A stretch of 64,000 nt of DNA from Patescibacteria group bacterium (lineage in GTDB: Bacteria > Patescibacteriota > Minisyncoccia > 2-02-FULL-40-12 > GWA2-44-9), in NCBI GenBank assembly GCA_038064515.1, contig JBBTSY010000005.1:50093-114092 (forward strand), in the 5' to 3' direction. The position numbers and the translations under genes are program-made. Below the pieces are notes generated by a model. The model made no database searches. It saw only the letters and a list, made by a program, of their open reading frames with translations, and had not been told where the DNA came from. Below, one piece after another: positions 9,100 through 19,057 of this stretch (position 1 is the stretch's first letter; the number at the start of each line of letters is the position of its first letter).

Positions 9100-9669
9100 T
9101 TAGAGTTCTTTGTGCACTTCCCGTCCATCTTTGTGGATCTTCATGTACTCGTTATGCATTTCCATGATGGTATCCTTTACCGCGCGCGGGTTTGGGATCT
9201 GCTTGAAGTGGAATCGTTCCTGCGTACCAGCTGTTTGAATGATGAGCTCGCCGAAATCAAAGAATGTCGGGATTGGCCCGCGTATTCGCACCGTGATATC
9301 TTGAATTTTCAAGAGATTTAATTCTGAAACCGTTCGTCGGAAAAATCCCTGCTGTTCACTATCAATAATTCGATGATCAGTTACGATCCAGGTATCGAGC
9401 AGATACATGGTAATGGTGTAAAATAAGCCGTACCACCACACCAGAACGTAAATTGAGACTAAGAACCAAAAGAGCTCCGTAAGTCCCAGGCCTTCCAGAT
9501 AACTTCCAACAACTATGTAAAGTATGCCCGGCAGGGATGCAAAAAATAAAAACGCGATAAGTTTTTCGACGAGTATAAACCAGTGCCGATAAAGCAGTAG
9601 TTTTACGTTCTCATAGGAGTGCTTGCCTTCGAACGTATTTTCAGTCGTCAGAAGATATTCAAGTTTCAT
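9100..9669 (-). CDS. Membrane protein with bacterial PH (YdbT/DUF304-like) domain
   Basis: Two TM helices are followed by TDHRIIDSEQQGFFRRTVSELNLLKIQDITVRIRGPIPTFFDFGELIIQTAG. Confidence 0.5.
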   Translation of the reverse strand: MKLEYLLTTENTFEGKHSYENVKLLLYRHWFILVEKLIAFLFFASLPGILYIVVGSYLEGLGLTELFWFLVSIYVLVWWYGLFYTITMYLLDTWIVTDHRIIDSEQQGFFRRTVSELNLLKIQDITVRIRGPIPTFFDFGELIIQTAGTQERFHFKQIPNPRAVKDTIMEMHNEYMKIHKDGREVHKEL

Positions 9670-9953
9670 AGTTTGATGCGCACAGTAGGTAGTTCCAAGG
9701 GTCGTATGTACTCTCCATTAAACCGTTCAAGAGATTTTGAAAGATTTACCTGTGTATATGAGGCAAAGGTAGTGATAAAGAGCACGACGGAACCCAGGAA
9801 AAATGTCAGCGCAAGAATTTTGGGCGCAATGCCAATACCAAACCGAATCAGGTGATACAAAATAAAAAACGCCTGCGTCCAGTAGACGAGCAATAAAAAT
9901 ACCGCGAAGACAGTTGAGAATGGGATATTTCCGAAGAGAGCAACGGTAGCCAT
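9666..9953 (-). CDS. Small membrane protein (3 TM), in an operon with the bPH-domain protein
   Basis: Hydrophobic. Its stop overlaps the downstream gene start. Confidence 0.4.
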   Translation of the reverse strand: MATVALFGNIPFSTVFAVFLLLVYWTQAFFILYHLIRFGIGIAPKILALTFFLGSVVLFITTFASYTQVNLSKSLERFNGEYIRPLELPTVRIKL

Positions 9954-9982
9954 GTATTTATTGTACTCTATTTTTTCTCAAC

Positions 9983-10006
9983 AAAAAACACCTATCGGTG
10001 TTTTTT
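9983..10006. terminator. Rho-independent terminator downstream of 16S rRNA
   Basis: aaaaaacacc-tatc-ggtgtttttt is a perfect 10-bp stem with U-runs on both strands. Confidence 0.7.
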
Positions 10007-11138
10007 GCCCACATGCGGCTTGCTAGCCGCAGTACTTCAGCACCTTCGTGCTTCAGTTGCAAATCTTGTACAGTTAACCAGGTATTGGTGTATTTTTAGT
10101 CGGAGGCGATTCTTGAGCGGCTTTCGCACGCTCATGAAACTTCGCCTGGAACACCATACGACTTCCGATTTAGGCTTCGGATCAGCCTGGCTGACAAGTC
10201 ACTTGTGGTGAGCCTGCCGAACCAATCGACATCATTTTGTTGACCCTGTAGTGAATTTTCAACTTGCTTTCGCATTGGCCTTTAGGCCGGTTGAAAATCT
10301 ACTACGGGGTGAAGGATAGAGGTTGGATGTGAAAAATTAGAAAATAATTCTTCCCACCTTTCGCCTCAAACTTCTAACCTTTCAGGATTTTTTCGAAATT
10401 CGAAAAAATAGAAAGGAGGTGATCCAAGAGCAGCTTCCGCTACCCTTGCCTTGTTACGACTTAGTCTTTGTCATCGAGCCTACCTTGTCCCCACATAAAA
10501 ATATGGATCTTCGGGTATTCCCGACTCCCCTGACTTGACGGGCAGTGAGTGCAAAACTCGAGAACGTATTCACCGCAGCATTCTGATCTGCGATTACTAG
10601 CGATTCCAGCTTCAAAGAGGCAAGTTGCAGCCTCTTATCCGAACTAGGGATGCCTTTGATGGGATTAGCTCCACCTCGCGGTTTGGCAACCCATTGTAAC
10701 ATCCATTGTATCATGCGTGTAGCCCAGGGCATCAGAGGGCCACGCTGACTTGACGTCATCCCCGCCTTCCTCTGCGTTACCGCAGCAGTCTCGCGTGACA
10801 TATTTAACACACGATAGGGGTTGCGCTCGTTAATCCACTTAAGGAAACCTCTCACGAGACGAGCTGACGACAGCCGTGCAGCACCTGTCCTAGTGCCTTG
10901 CGGGGGCCAAAGTTTCCTAAGGCTTACACTAGAATTTCAAGCCCTGGTGAGGTTCCTCGGTTAGAGTCGAATTGAACCGCATGATCCACCGCTTGTGCGA
11001 ATTCCCGCCTATTTGTTTGAGTTTTAATCTTGCGATCGTACTTCCCAGGCGACACACTTAACGCGTTAGCTTCGCCACTGGAAGGGTCGATGCTCCCAAT
11101 AGCTAGTGTGCATAGTTTAGGGCGTGGACTACAAGGGT

Positions 11139-12133
11139 CATCTTGTATTAACTGCTATCTTCATTTCGAAGATTTTCCGTGTTACCACGGAGATCGGACT
11201 ATATCATTCTCTGAAGATTTTCCACTTTTTCTTCTTCTCTTGAACATATCTCTCAACGATCAGTTGAGAAAATCCGGTCAGAGAGCTTACTTCAGAGATC
11301 CAGCGTTGTTGTAATTCAGCATTTTTGTAAAGCAGGAGGACTTTGGGCAACATTGATGCCACCGCGATGTGAGGCAGGATGATGCGAAGAAGCTTTTGAA
11401 GCTCCTCGCTCGATCTTAGCCACAATCGGTAGTATTCGATCCGACGCCCTTCATGTACGCGAGAGGTTTTTGCAATGTGCACATGCACATCCCATACCAC
11501 ACGCAGGTACTTCTGGAGAAGTTTTTGTTCCTCCAAAGTAAAGGGGTCCGTACAGAATACTCCACGACGACTGTTCACGATAAGCGAACCGTCATCGAGC
11601 CACCAAACCGCAAGCGAGAGTGGCGTCAACTGATTGAGCCACTTCCGCCTGATCCGCAGTCGACCACCTTCGTGGGTGAGTCGATAGAGTTCCGTGAGCG
11701 GTTCAGTTGCCAGGCTTTGATACCTCAACTTCTCTCCTCCATAACCATCGGCTTTTTGAAGCCAGTGATCTGATTTCCCAGAAATTTCCTTCAACTGATC
11801 GGCTTTCCAAAAGAAATACTCCTTTTGATGAACCGAGTGCCGAAACGAAAATCTGGCATTCTTGTAGGGTTGATAGAGCTTTAATGAGCCGTCTCCCAAC
11901 ACAGAACCAAGAATGAGTGCTTTACATTGATCCGACAAAAATGATTTGGTCATTTTCTATCTTCTAAATTTACATAGTCTCTACGGGGTCCTCGATGTTA
12001 CCATCGGGACTTCCCTCGGGATTCCCCTTCAGAAAAGAAGGGCTTCCCCGATACAGCTAGATGCGCACCTCGATATCGCTATCGAGGGGGACACCGTTTA
12101 GTCCGCGATACATTCGTATCGGGACAAGGATTT
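11139..12133 (-). mobile_element. Self-splicing intron (group I-like) inserted in 16S rRNA after the position equivalent to E. coli ~793, carrying a homing endonuclease ORF
   Basis: The conserved 16S segment GGATTAGAT|ACCCTTGTAGTCCACGCC is split. The 5' exon ends in U and the last intron nucleotide is G (omega-G). The intron contains the LAGLIDADG ORF. Confidence 0.75.
11204..11953 (-). CDS. LAGLIDADG homing endonuclease (double-motif), intron-encoded
   Basis: The two motifs are LILGSVLGDGSL and LAVWWLDDGSL. The ORF is co-oriented with the rRNA. Confidence 0.85.
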   Translation of the reverse strand: MTKSFLSDQCKALILGSVLGDGSLKLYQPYKNARFSFRHSVHQKEYFFWKADQLKEISGKSDHWLQKADGYGGEKLRYQSLATEPLTELYRLTHEGGRLRIRRKWLNQLTPLSLAVWWLDDGSLIVNSRRGVFCTDPFTLEEQKLLQKYLRVVWDVHVHIAKTSRVHEGRRIEYYRLWLRSSEELQKLLRIILPHIAVASMLPKVLLLYKNAELQQRWISEVSSLTGFSQLIVERYVQEKKKKWKIFRE

Positions 12134-12349
12134 ATCTAATCCTTTTTGATCCCCACGCTTTCGTGATTGACCGTCAGTTGAGCACTAGCAAGCTGCCTTC
12201 GCTTTTGGTGTTCCGTGCAATATCAATGGATTTCACCCCTACACTGCACGTTCCGCTTGCCTCTTACCCACTCTAGTCGTGCCGTTTCCAACGCGGTCCC
12301 GAAGTTAAGCCTCGGGATTTAACATCAGACTAGCACAACCGGATGCTCA

Positions 12350-12382
<33 letters not shown>

Positions 12383-13103
12383 GGGTCTCTGTATTACCGC
12401 TGCTGCTGGCACAGAGTTAGCAACCCCTTATTCTCGTGGTACCGTCAAAATTCGTCCCACGCAAAAGCGGTTTACGACCCGAAGGCCTTCTTCCCGCACG
12501 CGGCGTCGCTCCATCAGGCTTTCGCCCATTGTGGAATATTCTCGACTGCTGCCACCCGTAGGTGTACGAACCGTGTCTCAGTTTCGTCGTTGAGGGTCGT
12601 GCTCTCACACCCCCTACCCGTCATAGCCTTGGTGGGCTTTTACCCCGCCAACAAGCTGATAGGACCTAGGCCACTCCCAAAGCGGCTTGCGCCTTTAATC
12701 TTACGATACCATCGGGAATTAGCGGAACTTTCGCCCCGTTGTGCCCGACTCTGGGTTATGTACCAAGGTGTTACTAACTCGTTCGCCACTAGCTCGCCTC
12801 CTTGCGGAGGCGGCCCGTTCGACTTGCATGCCTTATCCACGCCGCCAGCGTTCATCCTGAGCCACAATCAAACTCTCTTAAAGAATACTGGTTAACTGTA
12901 CAAGATTGACAACGAACTGTTGCATCTATCGGAACACGCTAGAATTCGCATGGTAGGGCGTCCAGACAATAACACAACCACGATTAGCTCCATTGAGAAC
13001 CAATCGTGGTTGCACTACCAGCACTACCTTGTAAACATGTTAGTTTCCTACATCCATAGTGTACTGTCTATTATAATCCCACGGGGATGAATGTCAATAC
13101 CCT

Positions 13104-13763
13104 CTATCTGTGCGTATCCCGCCAAGCCTTGATTTTCGTGTGATCACCCGAAAGAAGCACTTTTGGCACTTGCCACTTCTTCCCTTTCTTGGGCTCAAAT
13201 ACTTCGGGTTTCGTGTATTGTGCGTGGTCGTCTTTTGAGGCCGAATCGGCGTCGTGCATAAATCCGGGAATAAGGCGGCTCACGGCTTCCATGATAACCA
13301 TTGCACCTACTTCTCCGCCATTAAGAACAAAGTCCCCCACGGACACCACTTCGTCGGCGATATTATCCGCAACCCGTTCATCAACGCCTTCGTATCGCCC
13401 GCAGATGAAAATCAGTTGATCAAGCTTTGAAAACTTTTTCGCCATTGCCTGATCGAACTTTTCACCGCGCGGCGAAAGTAAAATCACCTTTGATTTGCTT
13501 TTTTTGCCTTGTCTCTTGTCACTTATCTCTTGTCTCTTTTTTAAAGCCATTACAGCTTTAAAGATCGGTTCCACTTTCATTACCAACCCCGGTCCGCCGC
13601 CGTACGGACGGTCATCAACGGTCTTATGGTTATCGGTCGTCCATTTCCGCAACTGGTAAGCTTTGACGGAGATTAGCTTCTTCTTTATCGCGCGCGCGAT
13701 TAACGACTGGTTCGTAAAGTCGTTGAACAGTTCAGGAAAAATAGTAATGATATCAAATTTCAT
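13104..13763 (-). CDS. trmD: tRNA (guanine37-N1)-methyltransferase
   Basis: MKFDIITIFPELF...DDRPYGGGPGLVMKVEPI...CGRYEGVDERV matches the TrmD pattern. An alternative start 27 nt upstream is possible. A short Lys-rich insertion is present. Confidence 0.85.
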   Translation of the reverse strand: MKFDIITIFPELFNDFTNQSLIARAIKKKLISVKAYQLRKWTTDNHKTVDDRPYGGGPGLVMKVEPIFKAVMALKKRQEISDKRQGKKSKSKVILLSPRGEKFDQAMAKKFSKLDQLIFICGRYEGVDERVADNIADEVVSVGDFVLNGGEVGAMVIMEAVSRLIPGFMHDADSASKDDHAQYTKPEVFEPKKGKKWQVPKVLLSGDHTKIKAWRDTHR

Positions 13764-13827
13764 TGGATGCTTACTATACCATGAAAACAAAAAACCGCCA
13801 TAAGCGGATTTTTGTTATGACTGTCAT

Positions 13828-14157
13828 TTACATTCCGAGTTCACTGATAATATCTTCGGGATCGGAGAGCTTATTCTGTCCTGACATCTTGCCGCCCTCC
13901 GGCTCTTCAATACGCAGATTTACTCGAGCGTTGTTGCGCATGCCGACAATTCGAGCAAGAATTCGAATCGCTTTAGCCGTAGAACCGCTCCGGCCGATGA
14001 GAAGCCCCATGTCTTTAGGATCGACTTTGACGGAAAGCAGGACGCCGAGCTCATCCACGGTACGCACTACTTGAACGGCATCGGGATTATTTACAATAGC
14101 TTTAATAATATACTCTACAAACTGTTGATCATGTTCCATATATTCAGGGTGCTGCAC
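13828..14157 (-). CDS. KH-domain RNA-binding protein (YlqC/UPF0109-like)
   Basis: VKVDPKDMGLLIGRSGSTAKAIRILARIVG carries the KH GxxG loop. The gene sits directly upstream of trmD, as in the rpsP-KH-rimM-trmD neighbourhood. Confidence 0.7.
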   Translation of the reverse strand: MQHPEYMEHDQQFVEYIIKAIVNNPDAVQVVRTVDELGVLLSVKVDPKDMGLLIGRSGSTAKAIRILARIVGMRNNARVNLRIEEPEGGKMSGQNKLSDPEDIISELGM

Positions 14158-14359
14158 TATGACTATCGTTCAGCGAAATGCGGCGACGATACTCACCAAA
14201 CAGCATATTCATTACATTCGCGCTGATGCGCTCAGTATTTCCTCACCTTCGCTCGTCAACAACTATCTTTACTCTATCTTGGATGACCGGGAACGTCAAA
14301 CCCTGTAGTAGAAGTTCCAAATACAACTTTGTTGTATGGCAGAGCCATTGGAACTTTCA

Positions 14360-16696
14360 CTACGGGGAAACGACTATACTTATCATTCTACGCGGAATAA
14401 TGAGGAATTTCTGAACCTCTTTTCCATCGATAGCTTTTTGCACTTTTTCCGAAGCTAAGGCTAAGCTTTTTATTTCATCTTCAGTCGCATCAGAGGAAAC
14501 AGCAATGGTATCTCGCAGTTTTCCATTCACTTGAACTGGCATCTGATATTCGTCCTCGACAAGAAGCGATCCATCGAAATCCGGCCATGGCTGGAGGTGG
14601 ATAGAATCTTCGTGTCCCAGCGAATGCCATAATTCTTCCGAGATATGCGGAGCAAGCGGAGCAAGTATTTTAACGAACGATTCGAAATCTTCCCTGCCAA
14701 TTCCAGATTCGATTTCATTGAGCGCTTTCATGAGTTCGCTTACGGCCGTGTTGAGCCGCAGATCATTCAGATCCTCGCCTACTTTTTTGATCGCGTGATG
14801 TACTGCTTTCTTCGCTGATGGCGCATCTTGAAAATCCTGTTCGCTCAGCTTCCAGACGCGGTTTAAAAATCGGTGCACGCCATTGATGCCTTTGGGATCG
14901 CACGGACCCCCCTGCTCGTAGGGAGCCATGAATGCCAAATACATGCGGACCGTATCAGTGCCATAAAAATTCACCTGCTCGTCAGGATCAACGACGTTTC
15001 CCCGTGACTTAGACATCTTTTGGCTGTCAGGACCAAGAATGATGCCGTGATTGCGACGAGAGAGAAAGGGTTCATTGAATGAAATATGCCCGAGATCCTT
15101 TAATGCTTTCGTAAAAAATCGCGAATAAAGCAAATGCATCGTATTGTGCTCTGCTCCTCCGACATACATCGGCACCGGAAGCCATGCATCCATTTTTTTC
15201 TTCGATGCAAATTCTTCAGAGTTCTGAGGGTCTGCGTAGCGCATGAAGTACCATGAAGAGTCGACGAAGGTATCCATCGTATCGGTTTCGCGCTCGGCAT
15301 CATTGCCGCATTTTGGACATTTTACCCGCACCCACTCTTCTGCCTTCGCCAAAGGAGAACGCCCGTCATCGGCGGGCTTAAAATCATCCAAGTGCGGAAG
15401 CTCTACGGGCAATTCCTTTTCTCCTACCGGCTGATAGCCCTGCCGGCCGGGCAGGCGGGCGCACGCATCGCAATGAATCATCGGAATCGGTACGCCCCAG
15501 TATCGCTGACGTGAAAGCACCCAATCGCGGAGGCGGTAATTGGTCTTTGCCTCCCCTACTCCTTTTCCCTGAAGCATCGCAATAACTTCTTTCGCATCAT
15601 GGAGCGACGCACCGCTAATAGGCAGTCTGAATTTGTCTGCGAATTCTTTATCGCGCTCATCATGCGCTGGTACTGCCATAATGGCCCCTGTGCCGTACGA
15701 GCCTACGACGTAATCGGCGATCCATACGGGAATTTCTTTTTCGGTTGCGGGGTTAATAGCAACGATACCCGCATCAACGCCGGTTTTTTCTTTTTGTTCG
15801 AGGCGCTCAAGCTCACGTTTCGTCAGCGCTTCGCTCACATACTTTTTCACCTTGTCATTTGCTTGCCACCCTACATCGAGCCATTTTTTGGCAAGCTCGG
15901 GCGAAATAACAATAAAGGTTGCTCCGTAAATAGTATCGAGACGCGTCGTAAATACTTCAACGAAGTGCTTTTCATCATCCTGGCCAGGGATATTTGCAAG
16001 TTTGAATTTAATTAATGCGCCCTGCGAGCGGCCTATCCAATTTTTCTGCGCAAGTTTTGTTGTCTCCGGCCAATCCAATCCTTCCAAATCATCGATGAGC
16101 CGATCGGCATATTCAGTAATCTTAAACATCCACTGCTCAATTTCCCGTTGCTCAACGGGCGAACCATCCCGTTCGCACTTCCCATCGATCACCTGTTCAT
16201 TGGCTAAAACGGTTTTGTCCGTCGGGCACCAGTTCACTTTTGTCTTTGCGCGATATGCCAAGCCTTTTTTATAAAACTCCAAGAACATCCATTGCGTCCA
16301 GCGATAATAATCAGGGTCAATCGTAGAAACTTGCCGAGACCAATCAAATGAAGCGCCCATACTCCTCAACTGCTTCGTCATATATTCGATATTACCCTCG
16401 GTCCACTCTCTCGGACTGACATTGTTCTTGATTGCTGCATTCTCTGCAGGCAGTCCGAACGCATCAAAACCAATCGGGTACATGACGTTGTACCCTTTCA
16501 TGCGCAGATAGCGCGCCCGCATATCGGGCAATGCAAAGGCGTACCAATGGCCAATATGCAAATTGCCCGATGGATACGGAAATTCGGTAAGGAGCATGTA
16601 ATTTTCTCCTTTGCCGAAATCAGGAGTTTTGTAGAGCTCTTGCTTCTCCCACTCCTTTTGCCACTTGGATTCAATTTTTGAAGGATTATATTTCAT
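14360..16696 (-). CDS. leuS: Leucyl-tRNA synthetase
   Basis: The HIGH motif (PYPSGNLHIGHWYAF), the KMSKS motif and the 778-aa length all fit a bacterial LeuS. A nested hairpin at 14313..14355 immediately follows the stop. Confidence 0.95.
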   Translation of the reverse strand: MKYNPSKIESKWQKEWEKQELYKTPDFGKGENYMLLTEFPYPSGNLHIGHWYAFALPDMRARYLRMKGYNVMYPIGFDAFGLPAENAAIKNNVSPREWTEGNIEYMTKQLRSMGASFDWSRQVSTIDPDYYRWTQWMFLEFYKKGLAYRAKTKVNWCPTDKTVLANEQVIDGKCERDGSPVEQREIEQWMFKITEYADRLIDDLEGLDWPETTKLAQKNWIGRSQGALIKFKLANIPGQDDEKHFVEVFTTRLDTIYGATFIVISPELAKKWLDVGWQANDKVKKYVSEALTKRELERLEQKEKTGVDAGIVAINPATEKEIPVWIADYVVGSYGTGAIMAVPAHDERDKEFADKFRLPISGASLHDAKEVIAMLQGKGVGEAKTNYRLRDWVLSRQRYWGVPIPMIHCDACARLPGRQGYQPVGEKELPVELPHLDDFKPADDGRSPLAKAEEWVRVKCPKCGNDAERETDTMDTFVDSSWYFMRYADPQNSEEFASKKKMDAWLPVPMYVGGAEHNTMHLLYSRFFTKALKDLGHISFNEPFLSRRNHGIILGPDSQKMSKSRGNVVDPDEQVNFYGTDTVRMYLAFMAPYEQGGPCDPKGINGVHRFLNRVWKLSEQDFQDAPSAKKAVHHAIKKVGEDLNDLRLNTAVSELMKALNEIESGIGREDFESFVKILAPLAPHISEELWHSLGHEDSIHLQPWPDFDGSLLVEDEYQMPVQVNGKLRDTIAVSSDATEDEIKSLALASEKVQKAIDGKEVQKFLIIPRRMISIVVSP

Positions 16697-16834
16697 TTTT
16701 CAAAACAAACGATTTTTCAGATCTTCAACTAATACATCGGGTTTCTTGGGATGCTATATTTTCCGCCAAAGACGGATCAGCCTTCGGCTGACATACAGCT
16801 GTTCCCCTACTATATATAATGTAGGATTAAAAAT

Positions 16835-16864
16835 CAAAAAATCCGCAGGAGAAGCGGATTTTTT
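16835..16864. terminator. Rho-independent terminator (downstream of the 16886..17320 gene)
   Basis: aaaaaatccgc-aggagaa-gcggatttttt. Confidence 0.65.
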
Positions 16865-16885
16865 GAGTTTTCTTAATATGAACTG

Positions 16886-17320
16886 CTATTGTGCTGACGG
16901 CTGCGGAGTGTTGCCGATGTTGATGGGGGCAACTTCTATAATCTTATGAGCAACCGGATCATAGAGAATTGCCTTCTTTGCATTGGTATAAATAAGCACC
17001 TTATCTCCGTTCTTCGCATTTACGAAGAACGGTTGGTCCTTCAGTTTTTCCAAATCAGAAACCGTAGCAATGGTCGGCGTTTCTCCTTCGGGCAAAAGCA
17101 TGAGTTTCCCGACCGATGCCACCAGCTCACTGCTTTCATTCTCGAGGGATGCTGGCGGAGCTTTAAGCCCCTGCCATTGCGCATAAAAATAAACTGCGCC
17201 AGCCAGCGAAATTGCGACCGCTAAGCTCAGAACCGCGACTATCCGATTAGCGGCAAAGAGAGATGCGGTCTGCCGCGAACGATTTTTGAGCTCACTAATG
17301 ATTTCTGAGAAGGTCATCAT
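16886..17320 (-). CDS. Hypothetical membrane-anchored protein
   Basis: A single N-terminal TM segment. No recognisable motif. Confidence 0.4.
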   Translation of the reverse strand: MMTFSEIISELKNRSRQTASLFAANRIVAVLSLAVAISLAGAVYFYAQWQGLKAPPASLENESSELVASVGKLMLLPEGETPTIATVSDLEKLKDQPFFVNAKNGDKVLIYTNAKKAILYDPVAHKIIEVAPINIGNTPQPSAQ

Positions 17321-17368
17321 AGGTATGAAACAATAAAAAAGCCGTTAAGACAAGTGTCTCTGTTGATA

Positions 17369-17992
17369 CTAGAAAAACTTGAGTGTTAAAAGCATATTGT
17401 CAAAAACTTCTATATCATTGCCGGGCACAGGAATAGTTAAGGGTCTTTCCTCCCAACGGAAAGCTAGATAATAGCTGTCATCATTAAAACTGACTTGCGG
17501 CCCCAAATATATAATGATCCGGCCAGTACTTTCACCGCCAGCCGAACCATAATCTATCAGATCATATTTTCTAAAAGTCTTGCCATCGATTTTAACGGTA
17601 GAATCTGGCGATCTTCTTTTATTCGTGGTGATTTGATATTTTAAATCGCTTGTTTCAAATAGATCTTTGGAAATTAAATCAAAATAAACCGGCGCATCAA
17701 CGCTAACCATATCGTAGTATTTGATTTTTTGCGGGCTAAAATAATGGCCGTTATTATGCCAATGAGCCGGATACCTAAATTCAAAACCACCGCCGATCAC
17801 CTCTTCTCCGTGAAGATTATTAAATACAAAGATTTTTATATCCCCCTCTGGACTAACACTAGGAGTCGACTGCAAAATATTAGCAGTAACTGACTGATTA
17901 TTTTCCGGTGATTCTTTTACAAAAACAAAATAACCGGTCGCAATAGTTGCCCCTAAAATAAGAAGGCCAATTTTTTGGAAAAATTTTGTCAT
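17369..17992 (-). CDS. Hypothetical secreted protein
   Basis: An N-terminal signal/TM segment. No recognisable motif. Confidence 0.4.
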   Translation of the reverse strand: MTKFFQKIGLLILGATIATGYFVFVKESPENNQSVTANILQSTPSVSPEGDIKIFVFNNLHGEEVIGGGFEFRYPAHWHNNGHYFSPQKIKYYDMVSVDAPVYFDLISKDLFETSDLKYQITTNKRRSPDSTVKIDGKTFRKYDLIDYGSAGGESTGRIIIYLGPQVSFNDDSYYLAFRWEERPLTIPVPGNDIEVFDNMLLTLKFF

Positions 17993-19036
17993 TTACCTGA
18001 ATTTTACGCCGCCGCGGATCGTTATTTTACCTCTTACAACATGACCACTGGGCCAATAGGTAATGATGACAATGCCCTGTGCTCCCGGCGCATCACTACC
18101 AGCAGCAGTATCCTCACCGCCGCCACCGCCGCCACCGCCATAAAGACCCCCAGCGCCAGGATCGCCTGCATCAGCCGCGCCGCCGCCGCCACCGCCAGTA
18201 CCTACAGTAGTTGACCATTGGGTAGCTGTACCGCCAGCGCCGCCGGTTTCGGTGCTAAGATCGGTGCCCCCGCCACCTCCTCCACCGTCGGAACCGTTAC
18301 CGGCAGGCACTGTGCCACCACCGACACCGTTAGGACCGTTCCCACCGGCACCACCAGTGTCAGAACCAGGACCGTTGGCACCTGCAGTAGACTGAGCTCC
18401 TCCTGATCCCCCTCCGCCTCCGCCGCCATCAGAAGCAGCACCAGCAGGAGAACCGCCAGCTCCACCGACTCCGCCTGGACCTGCAGCGCCTCCTCCTCCT
18501 CCTCCTCCTCCATCTGTGCCGCCGGTACTGCTTCCGCCATTACCCCCAGCAAAAGTGATGTCTCCAACGCTATCTGCAGTTGACCCACCAGTACCGCCGG
18601 TATTCCCGCTTCCAGCTTTTCCTCCATCGGCAACAACGTTCGCACTCGTTGATGCAGCTGCGCCAAACCACGTATCTTCGCCTTTGACAGCGTCACCACC
18701 CCCTACACCGACATTAACATTAACACTACTCCCGCGAGTCAAACTAATATTCCTAACATAGGCGTACGCCCCTCCGCCGCCGCCGCCGCAACCATGGGTT
18801 CCACAGACGTCATTTCCTCCTCCGCCGCCGCCAATCGCTTCAATTACGTTGGCTTGACTGTTCCAATCACGAGGAACAGTCCACGTTGAAGCCCCTGTTA
18901 TTGTTATAAATACCTGTGTCTTAATTCCGGCTTGCGCTTCCTCAATATCATAAATACCATTGGGAAAAGGAAAGGCAAAAGTGATTACTAAAATAACCGT
19001 TATTATATTTTTAATTTTGATGATAAACTGGATCAT
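17993..19036 (-). CDS. Glycine-rich secreted protein (Gly_rich-family-like, C-terminal G-IVIITY motif)
   Basis: An N-terminal TM/signal is followed by long poly-Gly tracts interspersed with T, S, A and D. The C-terminal QGIVIITYWPSG resembles the conserved GxVxIxY end of glycine-rich proteins. Confidence 0.55.
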   Translation of the reverse strand: MIQFIIKIKNIITVILVITFAFPFPNGIYDIEEAQAGIKTQVFITITGASTWTVPRDWNSQANVIEAIGGGGGGNDVCGTHGCGGGGGGAYAYVRNISLTRGSSVNVNVGVGGGDAVKGEDTWFGAAASTSANVVADGGKAGSGNTGGTGGSTADSVGDITFAGGNGGSSTGGTDGGGGGGGGAAGPGGVGGAGGSPAGAASDGGGGGGGSGGAQSTAGANGPGSDTGGAGGNGPNGVGGGTVPAGNGSDGGGGGGGTDLSTETGGAGGTATQWSTTVGTGGGGGGAADAGDPGAGGLYGGGGGGGGEDTAAGSDAPGAQGIVIITYWPSGHVVRGKITIRGGVKFR

Positions 19037-19057
19037 TTTTAATAAAATTATAACACG

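Noticed and set aside
10005-10420. Possible 5' end of a 23S rRNA downstream of 16S
   Set aside because: A weak resemblance (GGTGTTCCAGGCGAAG vs GGATGCCTTGGC) does not extend. Protein-coding genes begin within 400 nt, so this is an ITS/trailer with a terminator, not 23S.
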